Shown here piece by piece: positions 38,913 through 47,084 of a stretch of DNA of 64,000 nt (position 1 is the first letter of the stretch; the number at the start of each line of letters is the position of its first letter). The stretch covers positions 8,848-72,847 of the forward strand of contig SCTY01000028.1 in assembly GCA_004297625.1 (NCBI GenBank), read 5' to 3'. Source of the DNA: Betaproteobacteria bacterium. Lineage in GTDB: Bacteria > Pseudomonadota > Gammaproteobacteria > Burkholderiales > SG8-39. The translations under genes and the position numbers were made by a program. The notes beneath the pieces were generated by a model. The model did no database searches. It was not told the DNA's origin and saw nothing but the letters and a program-made list of their open reading frames with translations.

Positions 38913-39478
38913 CAGGCGATCCTGCAGGCCGCCAACGAGTGCGACAGCCCCGGTCATCCTGCAGACCTCGGCGGGCGCGCGCAAGTACGCCGGCGAGCCC
39001 TTCCTCAGGCACCTCGTCGCCGCCGCGGTCGAGTCGTACCCGCATATTCCGGTGTGCGTCCACCAGGACCACGGCGCGAGCCCCGCGGTGTGCCAGGCAT
39101 CGATCCGCTCGGGCTTCACGAGCGTAATGATGGACGGATCGCTGAAGGAAGACATGAAGACGCCGGCGCCTTACGAGTACAACGTGCAGGTGACGCGCCG
39201 CGTCGCCGAACTGGCGCACGCGGTCGGCGTTTCGGTCGAAGGCGAGCTCGGCTGCCTCGGCTCTCTGGAGAGCGGCGAGGCGGGCGAGGAGGACGGCGTC
39301 GGCGCGCAAGCTCGCCCGCCAGCCGACCGGCGAGGTGCTGGCGATCGACCGCATCCGCGCGATCCTGCAGGGCATCCGCAACGGGGACGCGAGCGCTTCG
39401 AGCAGTTCGGCTGCGCCGGCCGCGCCGCGCGCATCCGTCCGGCGCCGCTAGAGATGCTTGCCCGCCGCTACGCCGTTC
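38913..39478 (+). pseudogene. Decayed class-II fructose-bisphosphate aldolase (CbbA/Fba-type)
   Basis: Homology runs [13 protein letters not shown] (frame 3), then a +1 shift near 38951. Frame 1 then reads [21 protein letters not shown]...HQDHGASP...SVMMDGS...GEEDGVGA, followed by a deletion. Frame 2 reads [23 protein letters not shown], followed by a deletion. Frame 1 then reads [29 protein letters not shown]. The N-terminal ~30 aa are absent. Confidence 0.8.
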
Positions 39479-39873
39479 AGGCCCCGGCGCATCATGGGAA
39501 TGACGACGTCGTCGAACGCCTCGTTCCACGCTTTCTCGGCCGCAGGGGTCCATTGCGCGCCGAGCTGAGGCGCCAGCACCTCCAGGAACACCTCCTTGAA
39601 GTTGCCGAGATCGTGCCCGTCGAGCGCGAACGGCTTGTGCGCCGCGCCGAGCTTGCGCAGGCGAGGCGCGATGTCGGTGCGATCGTCGGCGAGATCGGCC
39701 AGCAGCGCCGCGGTGAACAGCATCTTTTCGATATCGGCAACCTGCAGCTTGCGCGGAAAGAGCTTGCGATAGCCCGGGAAGCGCTCGAAAAACCGCTGGT
39801 AGAACTCCTCGACGAATTGCTCCCGGCGATCGCCGAGCAGTTGCCATGTTTCTTCTATGAGCTCGGTATTCAT
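39448..39873 (-). CDS. Single-domain globin (sensor/protoglobin-like family)
   Basis: 141 aa, [33 protein letters not shown]...[13 protein letters not shown]. It has a B10-type Tyr and a proximal His. Confidence 0.8.
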   Translation of the reverse strand: MNTELIEETWQLLGDRREQFVEEFYQRFFERFPGYRKLFPRKLQVADIEKMLFTAALLADLADDRTDIAPRLRKLGAAHKPFALDGHDLGNFKEVFLEVLAPQLGAQWTPAAEKAWNEAFDDVVIPMMRRGLNGVAAGKHL

Positions 39874-39958
39874 TGAACAGTCCCTGGAGTGCGCGTCTGC
39901 GCTCATTTTCCCCCGGGTATTCCGAGGCGGGTTTTGATCTGGGTCATACGGCAATCTG

Positions 39959-39976
39959 ATGTTTCCATCGAAACAT
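39959..39976. promoter_or_regulatory. Palindrome in the globin/dsrE-like divergent spacer
   Basis: ATGTTTC-catc-GAAACAT with perfect 7-bp arms. Confidence 0.25.
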
Positions 39977-40032
39977 TGGTTTGACAGATGGCGCGGGCCG
40001 GCCATGATGGCGTTCTTTCCTGAGGAGGAAGC

Positions 40033-40494
40033 ATGAAACCGTCTAGCGCAATTTCGAGGCTCGCGTCGGCTCTTCTGCTGGCTGCAGCCGCCGTCCTGGC
40101 CCCGGTCATGTCGCATGCGCAAGCGACCGCGCAGGGCACGCAGAAAGCCGACCGCTACAAGGTCGTGCTGCAGGTGAGCGACAACGATCCCGCGAAATGG
40201 AACCTCGCGCTCAACAACGCGCGCAACATCCAGCAGGACCTGGGCAAGGGCAATGTCGACGTGGAGATCGTCGCCTACGGTCCCGGCCTCGGGATGCTGA
40301 AAATGGAGTCCAAGGTGGCCGACCGCCTGGCGCAGGCGCTTGACAATAACGTCGCGCTGCTCGCGTGCGAGAACACCATGCGCAACACCAAAGTGCAGAA
40401 GTCCGACATGTACGGTGGCATCGGCTACGTCGATGCGGGCGTGGTCCACATCATGAAACGCCAGCGCGAGGGCTGGGCCTACGTCCGCCCGTAA
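40033..40494 (+). CDS. Periplasmic DsrE/DsrF-like family protein (COG1416-type)
   Basis: 153 aa with a Sec signal (..APVMSHA-QA). It is a paralogue of 21853-22281. Confidence 0.75.
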   Translation: MKPSSAISRLASALLLAAAAVLAPVMSHAQATAQGTQKADRYKVVLQVSDNDPAKWNLALNNARNIQQDLGKGNVDVEIVAYGPGLGMLKMESKVADRLAQALDNNVALLACENTMRNTKVQKSDMYGGIGYVDAGVVHIMKRQREGWAYVRP

Positions 40495-40851
40495 GGCGCT
40501 CTTGCGCGCAGCCTTAGCCGCCGCGAGATCGCGATCCTTTCCGATCCGAACTGCCCGTTCTGCCGCCGCTTCGAGCGCGATCTGGCGACGCTCGACGACC
40601 TGACCGTTCATATCTTCGTGTATCCGGTGATCAGCCCGGAGTCGGTGCGCCAGGCAACAGCGGTGTGGTGCTCGAGCGACCGGCTCAGCGCATGGAACGA
40701 CCTGACGCAGCGGCGTGTCGAGCCGGCGGCAAAGCGCGACTGCGATGCCCCCGTCGCGGAGCTCGTGGCCCTGCCCTCGGGCGAGATGCATTCGGGGGCG
40801 ATGAAGATAACCGACCTCGTGCCGCTGCTCGATGCGGCCGGCAGGAAATAG
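40495..40851 (+). pseudogene. N-terminally truncated DsbC/DsbG-type thiol:disulfide interchange protein fragment
   Basis: In-frame directly after the stop at 40492-40494: ...REIAILSDPNCPFCRRFERDL...AVWCSSDRLSAWNDL...RDCDAPV. It has no start codon, signal peptide or dimerisation domain, and the C-terminal part is diverged. Confidence 0.55.
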
Positions 40852-40856
40852 GTGCG

Positions 40857-41279
40857 CTAGCGCAGGCCGAGCGCCTCGCGCGCAATGCCGTCGAGCAGCC
40901 TCTCGACTTCCCTGAGCGCCGCCTTCGAGGCCGTTGAGCCGTCAGGACGCCACGGCCGCCGGTAGGCGACGTGGACCGTCCCCGGCTGCTGCGCGGTGGC
41001 GTACACGACCATGCTGTACGGGCAGAAGGCGACGTTGGCCGGATCCGCCTCCATCGTCCTGCGCGAAAGCGCCGCGCTGCAAAACAGGAATGCCTGCGCG
41101 TCCGCATAGAGCTTGCGCGAGGAGCCGACGTCTTTGCCCGTGCGCTCGAGCATGCGGTTGACGAACGACTCATGGTCGACCACCAGACCCCTGCCCTCGA
41201 TGGCGAGCTTGAGGTCGTCGCGCACGTCTTCGAACTTCGCGGCCTTCGAGTAGGTCACGATGGGATGCGGATCCGCCAT
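40857..41279 (-). CDS. DUF302-domain protein
   Basis: 140 aa from MADPHPIVTYSKA, ...LFCSAALSRRTMEADPANVAFCPYSMVVYA... Only the 3' end of track ORF 40857..42851 is real. Confidence 0.8.
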   Translation of the reverse strand: MADPHPIVTYSKAAKFEDVRDDLKLAIEGRGLVVDHESFVNRMLERTGKDVGSSRKLYADAQAFLFCSAALSRRTMEADPANVAFCPYSMVVYATAQQPGTVHVAYRRPWRPDGSTASKAALREVERLLDGIAREALGLR

Positions 41280-41293
41280 GGCGGGCTCCCTGA

Positions 41294-42190
41294 TCAAGCA
41301 ATCGCCTGATAGTAGAGGTTCTGCGGGTGCCTTGCTTCGGCGAAGAAGTACCAGCGCTCTGCAAGCAAGCCGGCGAACTGCAAGAGGAAGGCGGGGATTG
41401 GGAAGCCCGACACGAGAAACAACGCCGGCAGTGGAAAGACGAGCGCGAGGAACGCCCAACGCGCCGCGCGTACCACTTCGCGCGGCCGGCCATGGAAGAA
41501 CTCGCGCGTATTGAACGAGCCGCCCATGGCGCCTTGCGCGATCTGCGCGATGCGCGGGTGCTTGACGCCGATCGCCGTGGCGGGAGTCGACTTGGGACGA
41601 AGGCGCGCATTGCGCGCGAGCGCGGCGAGCCGCGCAAGGTAGGCAAGCGCGCCCGCGGCGAGCGCCGCGGCAGCGTACGCCGGCGCGAGCGGCGGATGCA
41701 GCCATGCCGCCATGGCCGCGGCGGCCGTAAGGCCCGAAGCGCATCCGAGTAGCGTGTAGTTGAGCGGCGTAAGAGGTGTGTGCCACTCCTGCAGGAACTT
41801 GAGGCAGGCGTAAATCATCCCCGTGCACACGAACAACGCGATCGCCAGCATCACTGCCACAACGTTGAACCAGAGAGTTTTCATCTGAAGCCAGTGTGCG
41901 ACAGCCCATGCGAATACGGCGGCCATGAACAGCGGCAGAACGATCACCTCGCGGGAGAGCCAAGACGTACGCCACATCGCCGCCGAGCGCCACGCGCGCT
42001 CGGGATGGCCGAGGTGAAAGAAGGAGGCGACAAGCCCGCCGGCAAGCAGCACCAGCGAAACCGCCGCGCCGGCCACGAAAAAGCGTGCCGGCGCTTCGCC
42101 GAACGCGTCGGCCGCGGCCAGAGCGAGGTACAAGCCCTGCCCGGCGCCGATGAGCGTCGTAAGAAGAATCACCGACCAGGCGGGACGCAC
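41294..42190 (-). CDS. soeC: DmsC/NrfD-type membrane anchor, SoeC-like
   Basis: 298 aa with about 8 TM helices, downstream of the FeS and Mo subunits. Confidence 0.75.
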   Translation of the reverse strand: MRPAWSVILLTTLIGAGQGLYLALAAADAFGEAPARFFVAGAAVSLVLLAGGLVASFFHLGHPERAWRSAAMWRTSWLSREVIVLPLFMAAVFAWAVAHWLQMKTLWFNVVAVMLAIALFVCTGMIYACLKFLQEWHTPLTPLNYTLLGCASGLTAAAAMAAWLHPPLAPAYAAAALAAGALAYLARLAALARNARLRPKSTPATAIGVKHPRIAQIAQGAMGGSFNTREFFHGRPREVVRAARWAFLALVFPLPALFLVSGFPIPAFLLQFAGLLAERWYFFAEARHPQNLYYQAIA

Positions 42191-42193
42191 GGC

Positions 42194-42925
42194 TTACCAG
42201 CTCGTCACGTCGTCGAGCGCCGGCTCGCCGGCCGCGGGCCGCGGCAGCTTGCCGTCCACCTTGAGCGGGTTGTCTTCGCGCTGCAGCTCGTCGGGATGCA
42301 GCTTGATCGAAGTCTTGCGCCGCGGCAGGTAGTGGTTCGCCGGCTGCGTACCCCATTCGGGCATGAGCGCGTAGCCGCCCTGCTCGCGGATGGCGCGCGC
42401 GGCTTGCGAATCCGGGTCGTGGATATCGCCGAAAATGCGCGCGCTCGTCGGGCAGGCGAGCACGCAGGCGGGCTTGCGCTCGGCCTCGGGGAGCTTCCCG
42501 TCGTAGATGCGGTCGACGCACAACGTGCACTTCTTCATCACCTTCTGCTGCTCGTCGAGCTCGCGCGCGCCGTACGGGCAGGCCCACGAGCAGTACTTGC
42601 AGCCGATGCACTTGTCGTAATCGACGAGCACGATGCCGTCCTCGGCGCGCTTGTAGCTCGCGCCGGTCGGGCATACCGGCACGCACGGCGGTTCCTCGCA
42701 ATGCAGGCACGATTTCGGGAAATGCACCGTCTCGGTCTTGGGAAATTCGCCGACCTCGTAGGTCTGCACGCGGTTGAAGAACGTGCCGCTCGGCTCGGCG
42801 CCGTAGGGATTGGCGTCGGAGAGCGGACCGGCCTCGCCCGAGTGGTTCCACTGCTTGCAGCTGGTGACGCAGGCGTGGCAGCCCACGCAGACGTTGAGGT
42901 CGATCACCAAAGCGAGCTGTGTCAT
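42194..42925 (-). CDS. soeB: 4Fe-4S ferredoxin subunit (DmsB/PsrB-type), SoeB-like
   Basis: 243 aa from MTQLALVIDLNVCVGCHACVTSC with four Cys clusters. ATGA overlap with soeA. Confidence 0.85.
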   Translation of the reverse strand: MTQLALVIDLNVCVGCHACVTSCKQWNHSGEAGPLSDANPYGAEPSGTFFNRVQTYEVGEFPKTETVHFPKSCLHCEEPPCVPVCPTGASYKRAEDGIVLVDYDKCIGCKYCSWACPYGARELDEQQKVMKKCTLCVDRIYDGKLPEAERKPACVLACPTSARIFGDIHDPDSQAARAIREQGGYALMPEWGTQPANHYLPRRKTSIKLHPDELQREDNPLKVDGKLPRPAAGEPALDDVTSW

Positions 42926-45714
42926 GCCGAAACCTTTGTCAGCGTCCGGAATTGCGGCCACGCGCCCGCTTCCTCGGCGGCATAGATGCGCACGCGCACG
43001 TCGTACCAGCCCGCCTGGCCCGTAACCGGATCCGAGTTGGAGATTCGGCCGGGAAGCTCGTCCGTGATCAGGTGATTCAAGAGAAAGCCTTTGCGGGCCT
43101 CGTTGGCGTCGGGTGCGAGCGCCCATGCGCCCGGCTGCTTGCCGATCGCGTTCCAGGTCCATACGGTGCCCGGCTCCACCGCTTCGCTATGGCGGCCCAT
43201 GCAACGCACGCGGCCCCAGGGCGACTCGACCCATAGCCAGGCGCCGTCCTCGATGCCGCTCGCGCGTGCGGTGCGCGGGTTGATGAAAAGGTAGTTGTGC
43301 GTGTGGATCTGGCGCAGCCACGCGTTCTGCGAGTCCCACGAGTGGTACATCGCCATAGGCCGCTGCGTGATGGCCGTGAGCGGATAGCGCTCGAGGTCGG
43401 TCAGCTGGTGTTCCAAAGGGGAAAAATAAAAAGGCAGCGGGTCGAAATAGGTCTCTATGCGCTTCGCCAGGCGCTCGGGCGGGCGCCGGCCCGGCCATTT
43501 GCCTTGCGCGGCGAGCCGGAAACGCTGCAGCACCTCGGAATACAGATGCACGAGGATCGGCTCGCCCCAGCGGCGCAGGCGCACGCGCTGCGCCCATTCC
43601 ATGTAGCCGCGGTTCCAATTGCGCATGTAGCGATACGACGGCGGCAGCTCGTGCTTGAAGACGCAGTTGTTCTCCGCGTAGCGCGCCCATTGCTCCGGGT
43701 TCGGCTCGCCCCGCAGCGCTTTTTTGCCGTCGGTGCCGCGCCACCCGGCGAGAAAGCCGATCCCCGAGCCCGGCTCGGTCTCGTGCCGGACGATGAAGTC
43801 GGGATAATCCCTGTACTTTCTCGAGCCATCCTTGTTGGTGAAGGCGGGTAACTGCAAACGCCCGCCGAGCTCGATCAGCACTTCCTGGAACGGCTTGCAT
43901 TCGCCCAGCGGCGGCACCACCGGCACGCGTACCGAGTCCATGGGGCCGTCGAACTCCGAGATCGGCCGGTCGAGGAGCGACATGACATCGTGGCGCTCGA
44001 GGTACGTGGTGTCCGGCAGCACGAGGTCCGCGAATGCCGTCATCTCGGACTGAAACGCGTCGCACACCGCCACGAAAGGGATCTTGTATTCGCCGTCGGC
44101 GCCGCGGTCGTTCAGCATGCGCCGCACCTCCACGGTGTTCATCGTGGAGTTCCACGCCATGTTCGCCATGAAGATCATCAGCGTGTCGATCGGGTAAGGA
44201 TCGCCGCGCCAGGCGTTGGTGATGACGGTGTGCATGAGGCCATGCACCGAGAGCGGGTACTCCCAGGAGAAACCCTTGTCGACGCGCACCGGCTCGCCTT
44301 GCGCGTCGACGAAAAGGTCTTCGGGCGACCCGGGCCAGCCGAGCGCCAGGCCGCCAAGCGGCGTGTTCGGCTGCACGCCCTCGGGGCCGGTCGGCGTCTT
44401 TGCCGAAGGCGGGATGGCGCGCGGAAACGGCGCCTTGTGGCGAAAACCGCCCGGCCGGTCGATGGTGCCGAGCAGGCTCATCAGGATCGCGAGCGTGCGC
44501 ACGGTGTGGAAGCCGTTCGAGTGCGCCGCGAGACCGCGCATCGCGTGGAAGGCGACCGGATTGCCGGTCACCGTCTGGTGCTCGTTGCCCCAGCAGTCCG
44601 TCCAGGCGATCGGCAGCTCGATTTTCTCGTCTCGCGCCGTCACGCCCATCTCGTGCGCCAGGCGCCGGATGGTGGCCGCCGGGATGCCCGTAATCGGCTC
44701 GGCCCATTCGGGGGTGAGATCGCGCACGCGCTCGGCGAGCAGCTGGAACGCCGGCTGTACCCGTGTGCCGTCGGCGAGCCGGAAATCGCCGAACAGGCTC
44801 GGATCGGCCTGCGGCGTGTGGCTGAGGACCGGCCTGCCGGAATGGCGGTCCCACCACAGCTTATTTTGCGGTTGAGCCGGATTTTCGGGTTCCGCATCCT
44901 CTTCGTCGGTCGCGAGCAGGCCATGGCTCGGGGAGTGCGGATCGGCGATCACGAGGTGGCCGCCGTTCGTGTAGCGCGCCACGAACTCGCGGTCGTAGAG
45001 GCCCTGCGCGATGAGCTCGTGGACGAGCGCAAGCAGCAGCGCGCCGTCGGTGCCCGGGCGGATGGGCACCCACTCATCGGCGATTGCCGAGTAACCGGTG
45101 CGTACAGGGTTGACCGAGACGAAGCGTCCGCCCGCGCGTTTGAAACGCGAGATGGCGATCTTGAGCGGATTGGAGTGGTGGTCCTCGGCGGTGCCCAGCA
45201 TGACGAAAAGCTTCGCGCGCTCGAGGTCCGGCCCGCCGAACTCCCAGAACGAGCCGCCGATCGTGTAAATCATGCCGGCGGCCATGTTCACCGAGCAGAA
45301 GCCGCCGTGCGCGGCGTAATTCGGAGTGCCGAACTGGCGCGCGAAAAGACCGGTGAGCGCCTGCATCTGGTCGCGCCCGGTGAACAAGGCGAACTTCTTC
45401 GGGTCGTTCGACCTTATCGCCTTCAACCGGTTTTCGAGGATTGAAAAAGCTTGTTCCCAGGAAATCGGCTGGAACTCGCCCGCGCCCCTTTCGCTGCCCG
45501 GTTTTCGAAGCAATGGACGTGTCAGGCGTGCCGGCGAGAGCTGCTTCATGAGGCCGCTCGCGCCTTTGGCGCAGATCACGCCCTTGTTGAGCGGATGCTC
45601 GGGGTTGCCCTCGATGTAGCGCACGACGGCGCGCCCGTCTTTCTCATCCACGTGCACGCGGATGCCGCAGCGGCACGCGCACATGTAGCAGGTGGTCGTC
45701 TTGATCTCGGTCAA
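42922..45714 (-). CDS. soeA: Molybdopterin (bis-MGD) oxidoreductase catalytic subunit without Tat signal, SoeA-like sulfite dehydrogenase
   Basis: 930 aa. The N-terminus MTEIKTTTCYMCACRCGIRV puts the CxxCxxxC FeS motif at residue 9, so there is no twin-arginine leader and the enzyme faces the cytoplasm. TTG start. Confidence 0.8.
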   Translation of the reverse strand: MTEIKTTTCYMCACRCGIRVHVDEKDGRAVVRYIEGNPEHPLNKGVICAKGASGLMKQLSPARLTRPLLRKPGSERGAGEFQPISWEQAFSILENRLKAIRSNDPKKFALFTGRDQMQALTGLFARQFGTPNYAAHGGFCSVNMAAGMIYTIGGSFWEFGGPDLERAKLFVMLGTAEDHHSNPLKIAISRFKRAGGRFVSVNPVRTGYSAIADEWVPIRPGTDGALLLALVHELIAQGLYDREFVARYTNGGHLVIADPHSPSHGLLATDEEDAEPENPAQPQNKLWWDRHSGRPVLSHTPQADPSLFGDFRLADGTRVQPAFQLLAERVRDLTPEWAEPITGIPAATIRRLAHEMGVTARDEKIELPIAWTDCWGNEHQTVTGNPVAFHAMRGLAAHSNGFHTVRTLAILMSLLGTIDRPGGFRHKAPFPRAIPPSAKTPTGPEGVQPNTPLGGLALGWPGSPEDLFVDAQGEPVRVDKGFSWEYPLSVHGLMHTVITNAWRGDPYPIDTLMIFMANMAWNSTMNTVEVRRMLNDRGADGEYKIPFVAVCDAFQSEMTAFADLVLPDTTYLERHDVMSLLDRPISEFDGPMDSVRVPVVPPLGECKPFQEVLIELGGRLQLPAFTNKDGSRKYRDYPDFIVRHETEPGSGIGFLAGWRGTDGKKALRGEPNPEQWARYAENNCVFKHELPPSYRYMRNWNRGYMEWAQRVRLRRWGEPILVHLYSEVLQRFRLAAQGKWPGRRPPERLAKRIETYFDPLPFYFSPLEHQLTDLERYPLTAITQRPMAMYHSWDSQNAWLRQIHTHNYLFINPRTARASGIEDGAWLWVESPWGRVRCMGRHSEAVEPGTVWTWNAIGKQPGAWALAPDANEARKGFLLNHLITDELPGRISNSDPVTGQAGWYDVRVRIYAAEEAGAWPQFRTLTKVSA

Positions 45715-45795
45715 GCGCGCAATTGTCCGTACCGCGCGCTCGCGCGGCCAACGAGTTAATCTGATTTCTCCATAAGAGGCGGCGATTCACGCGCT

Positions 45796-45809
45796 CTATG
45801 CCGGCATAG
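45796..45809. promoter_or_regulatory. Perfect 14-bp palindrome in the soeA/qmoA divergent spacer
   Basis: CTATGCCGGCATAG, flanked by the imperfect outer repeats gcgattc...gaatcg. Confidence 0.4.
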
Positions 45810-45854
45810 CGAATCGTTGCCGGCGCGCAGCGCCGCCCCGAATAAAATCGAGCC

Positions 45855-47084
45855 ATGCGCGACATCGCAACGAGCCAGACGATCCTGGTGGTCGGCGGGG
45901 GCGTGAGCGGCATGACCGCTGCGCTCGAAGCCGCGGAATGCGGCAAGCAGGTGCTCCTCGTGGAGAAATCGCCGACGCTCGGCGGCCGCACCGCGCTTCT
46001 CTACCGCTACTTCCCGAAGCTCTGCCATCCGACGTGCGGGCTGGAAATCAACCTGCGCCGCCTGAAGGGCAACCGCAATGTGCGCGTGATGACGATGGCG
46101 GAGGTCGTCAGGGTCGAAGGCCGCCGCGGCGATTACAGCGTCACGCTGCGCGTCGCGCCGCGCTTCGTGAACGAAAACTGCACGGCCTGCGGCGCCTGCG
46201 CCGAGGCGGTGGGCGCCGAAATTCCGAATCCCTGGAACTACAACCTCAACCGCATGAAGGCGGCGTACCTGCCCCATGCCATGGCTTACCCGCAGCGCTA
46301 CGTGCTCGATGCGTCGATCGCCGGCACGCCGGACGCCGAGAAGGCAAGAACGGCGTGCAAGTACGGCGCCATCGATCTCGAAATGAAGGAGCAGACGCTC
46401 ACGGTGAGCGCCGGCGCGGTCGTGTGGGCGACGGGCTGGAAGCCGTATGACGCGGCCAAGATCCAGCCCTACGGCTATGGGCGCTACGCGAACGTGATTA
46501 CCAGCGTGGAATTCGAGCGCCTGGCCGATCCGCACGGCCCGACCGGCGGGCGCATCGTGCGGCCCTCCGACGGCAAGGAGGCGAAGAACATCGCCTTCAT
46601 CCAGTGCGCGGGATCGCGCGACGAGAACCATCTGCGCCACTGCTCGCGCATCTGCTGCATGGCCTCGCTCAAGCACACGCAGTTCGTGCGCGAGGCCTAC
46701 GGCGAGGCGGCGCGCTCGACGATCTACTACATCGACATCCGCGCCATCGACCGCTTCGAGGACTTCTACCGCAAGGTGCGCGCCGACCGCACCGTGAAGT
46801 TCGTGAAGTCCAAGCCGGCGCGCATCGCGGAGGACCGGGCCAGCGGCGATGTCGTGCTGCACGGTGTCGATACCGAGGGCTATCACCGCTACGCTGCGCA
46901 GCACGATCTCGCGGTGCTTGCGATCGGCATGGAGACCGCCGTGCCGCTGCCGCAGGACGCCGAAGTGTTCCCCGCGGGCTGCGCCGCCGACGCGCTCGAT
47001 GTCAACCGCTCGGTGCAAAGCTCGACCGCCGCCGCGCTGCGCGCGATCCAGGTCGTCAACCGCGCGGCCCGGGCCGAATCATGA
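45855..47084 (+). CDS. qmoA: QmoA (HdrA-like flavoprotein)
   Basis: 409 aa, ILVVGGGVSGMTAALEAAECG...CAGSRDENHLRHCSRICC. Confidence 0.85.
   Translation: MRDIATSQTILVVGGGVSGMTAALEAAECGKQVLLVEKSPTLGGRTALLYRYFPKLCHPTCGLEINLRRLKGNRNVRVMTMAEVVRVEGRRGDYSVTLRVAPRFVNENCTACGACAEAVGAEIPNPWNYNLNRMKAAYLPHAMAYPQRYVLDASIAGTPDAEKARTACKYGAIDLEMKEQTLTVSAGAVVWATGWKPYDAAKIQPYGYGRYANVITSVEFERLADPHGPTGGRIVRPSDGKEAKNIAFIQCAGSRDENHLRHCSRICCMASLKHTQFVREAYGEAARSTIYYIDIRAIDRFEDFYRKVRADRTVKFVKSKPARIAEDRASGDVVLHGVDTEGYHRYAAQHDLAVLAIGMETAVPLPQDAEVFPAGCAADALDVNRSVQSSTAAALRAIQVVNRAARAES

Noticed and set aside
39052-39876. 274-aa plus-strand ORF that could be taken for an intact aldolase-like gene
   Set aside because: Aldolase homology covers only parts of it, switches frame twice and lacks the N-terminus and the central barrel strands. 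The 3' half is antisense to the globin gene. It is called as a pseudogene instead.
40857-42851. 664-aa minus-strand ORF
   Set aside because: Only the terminal 140 codons (DUF302 protein) are coding. The rest runs out of frame through soeC and soeB.
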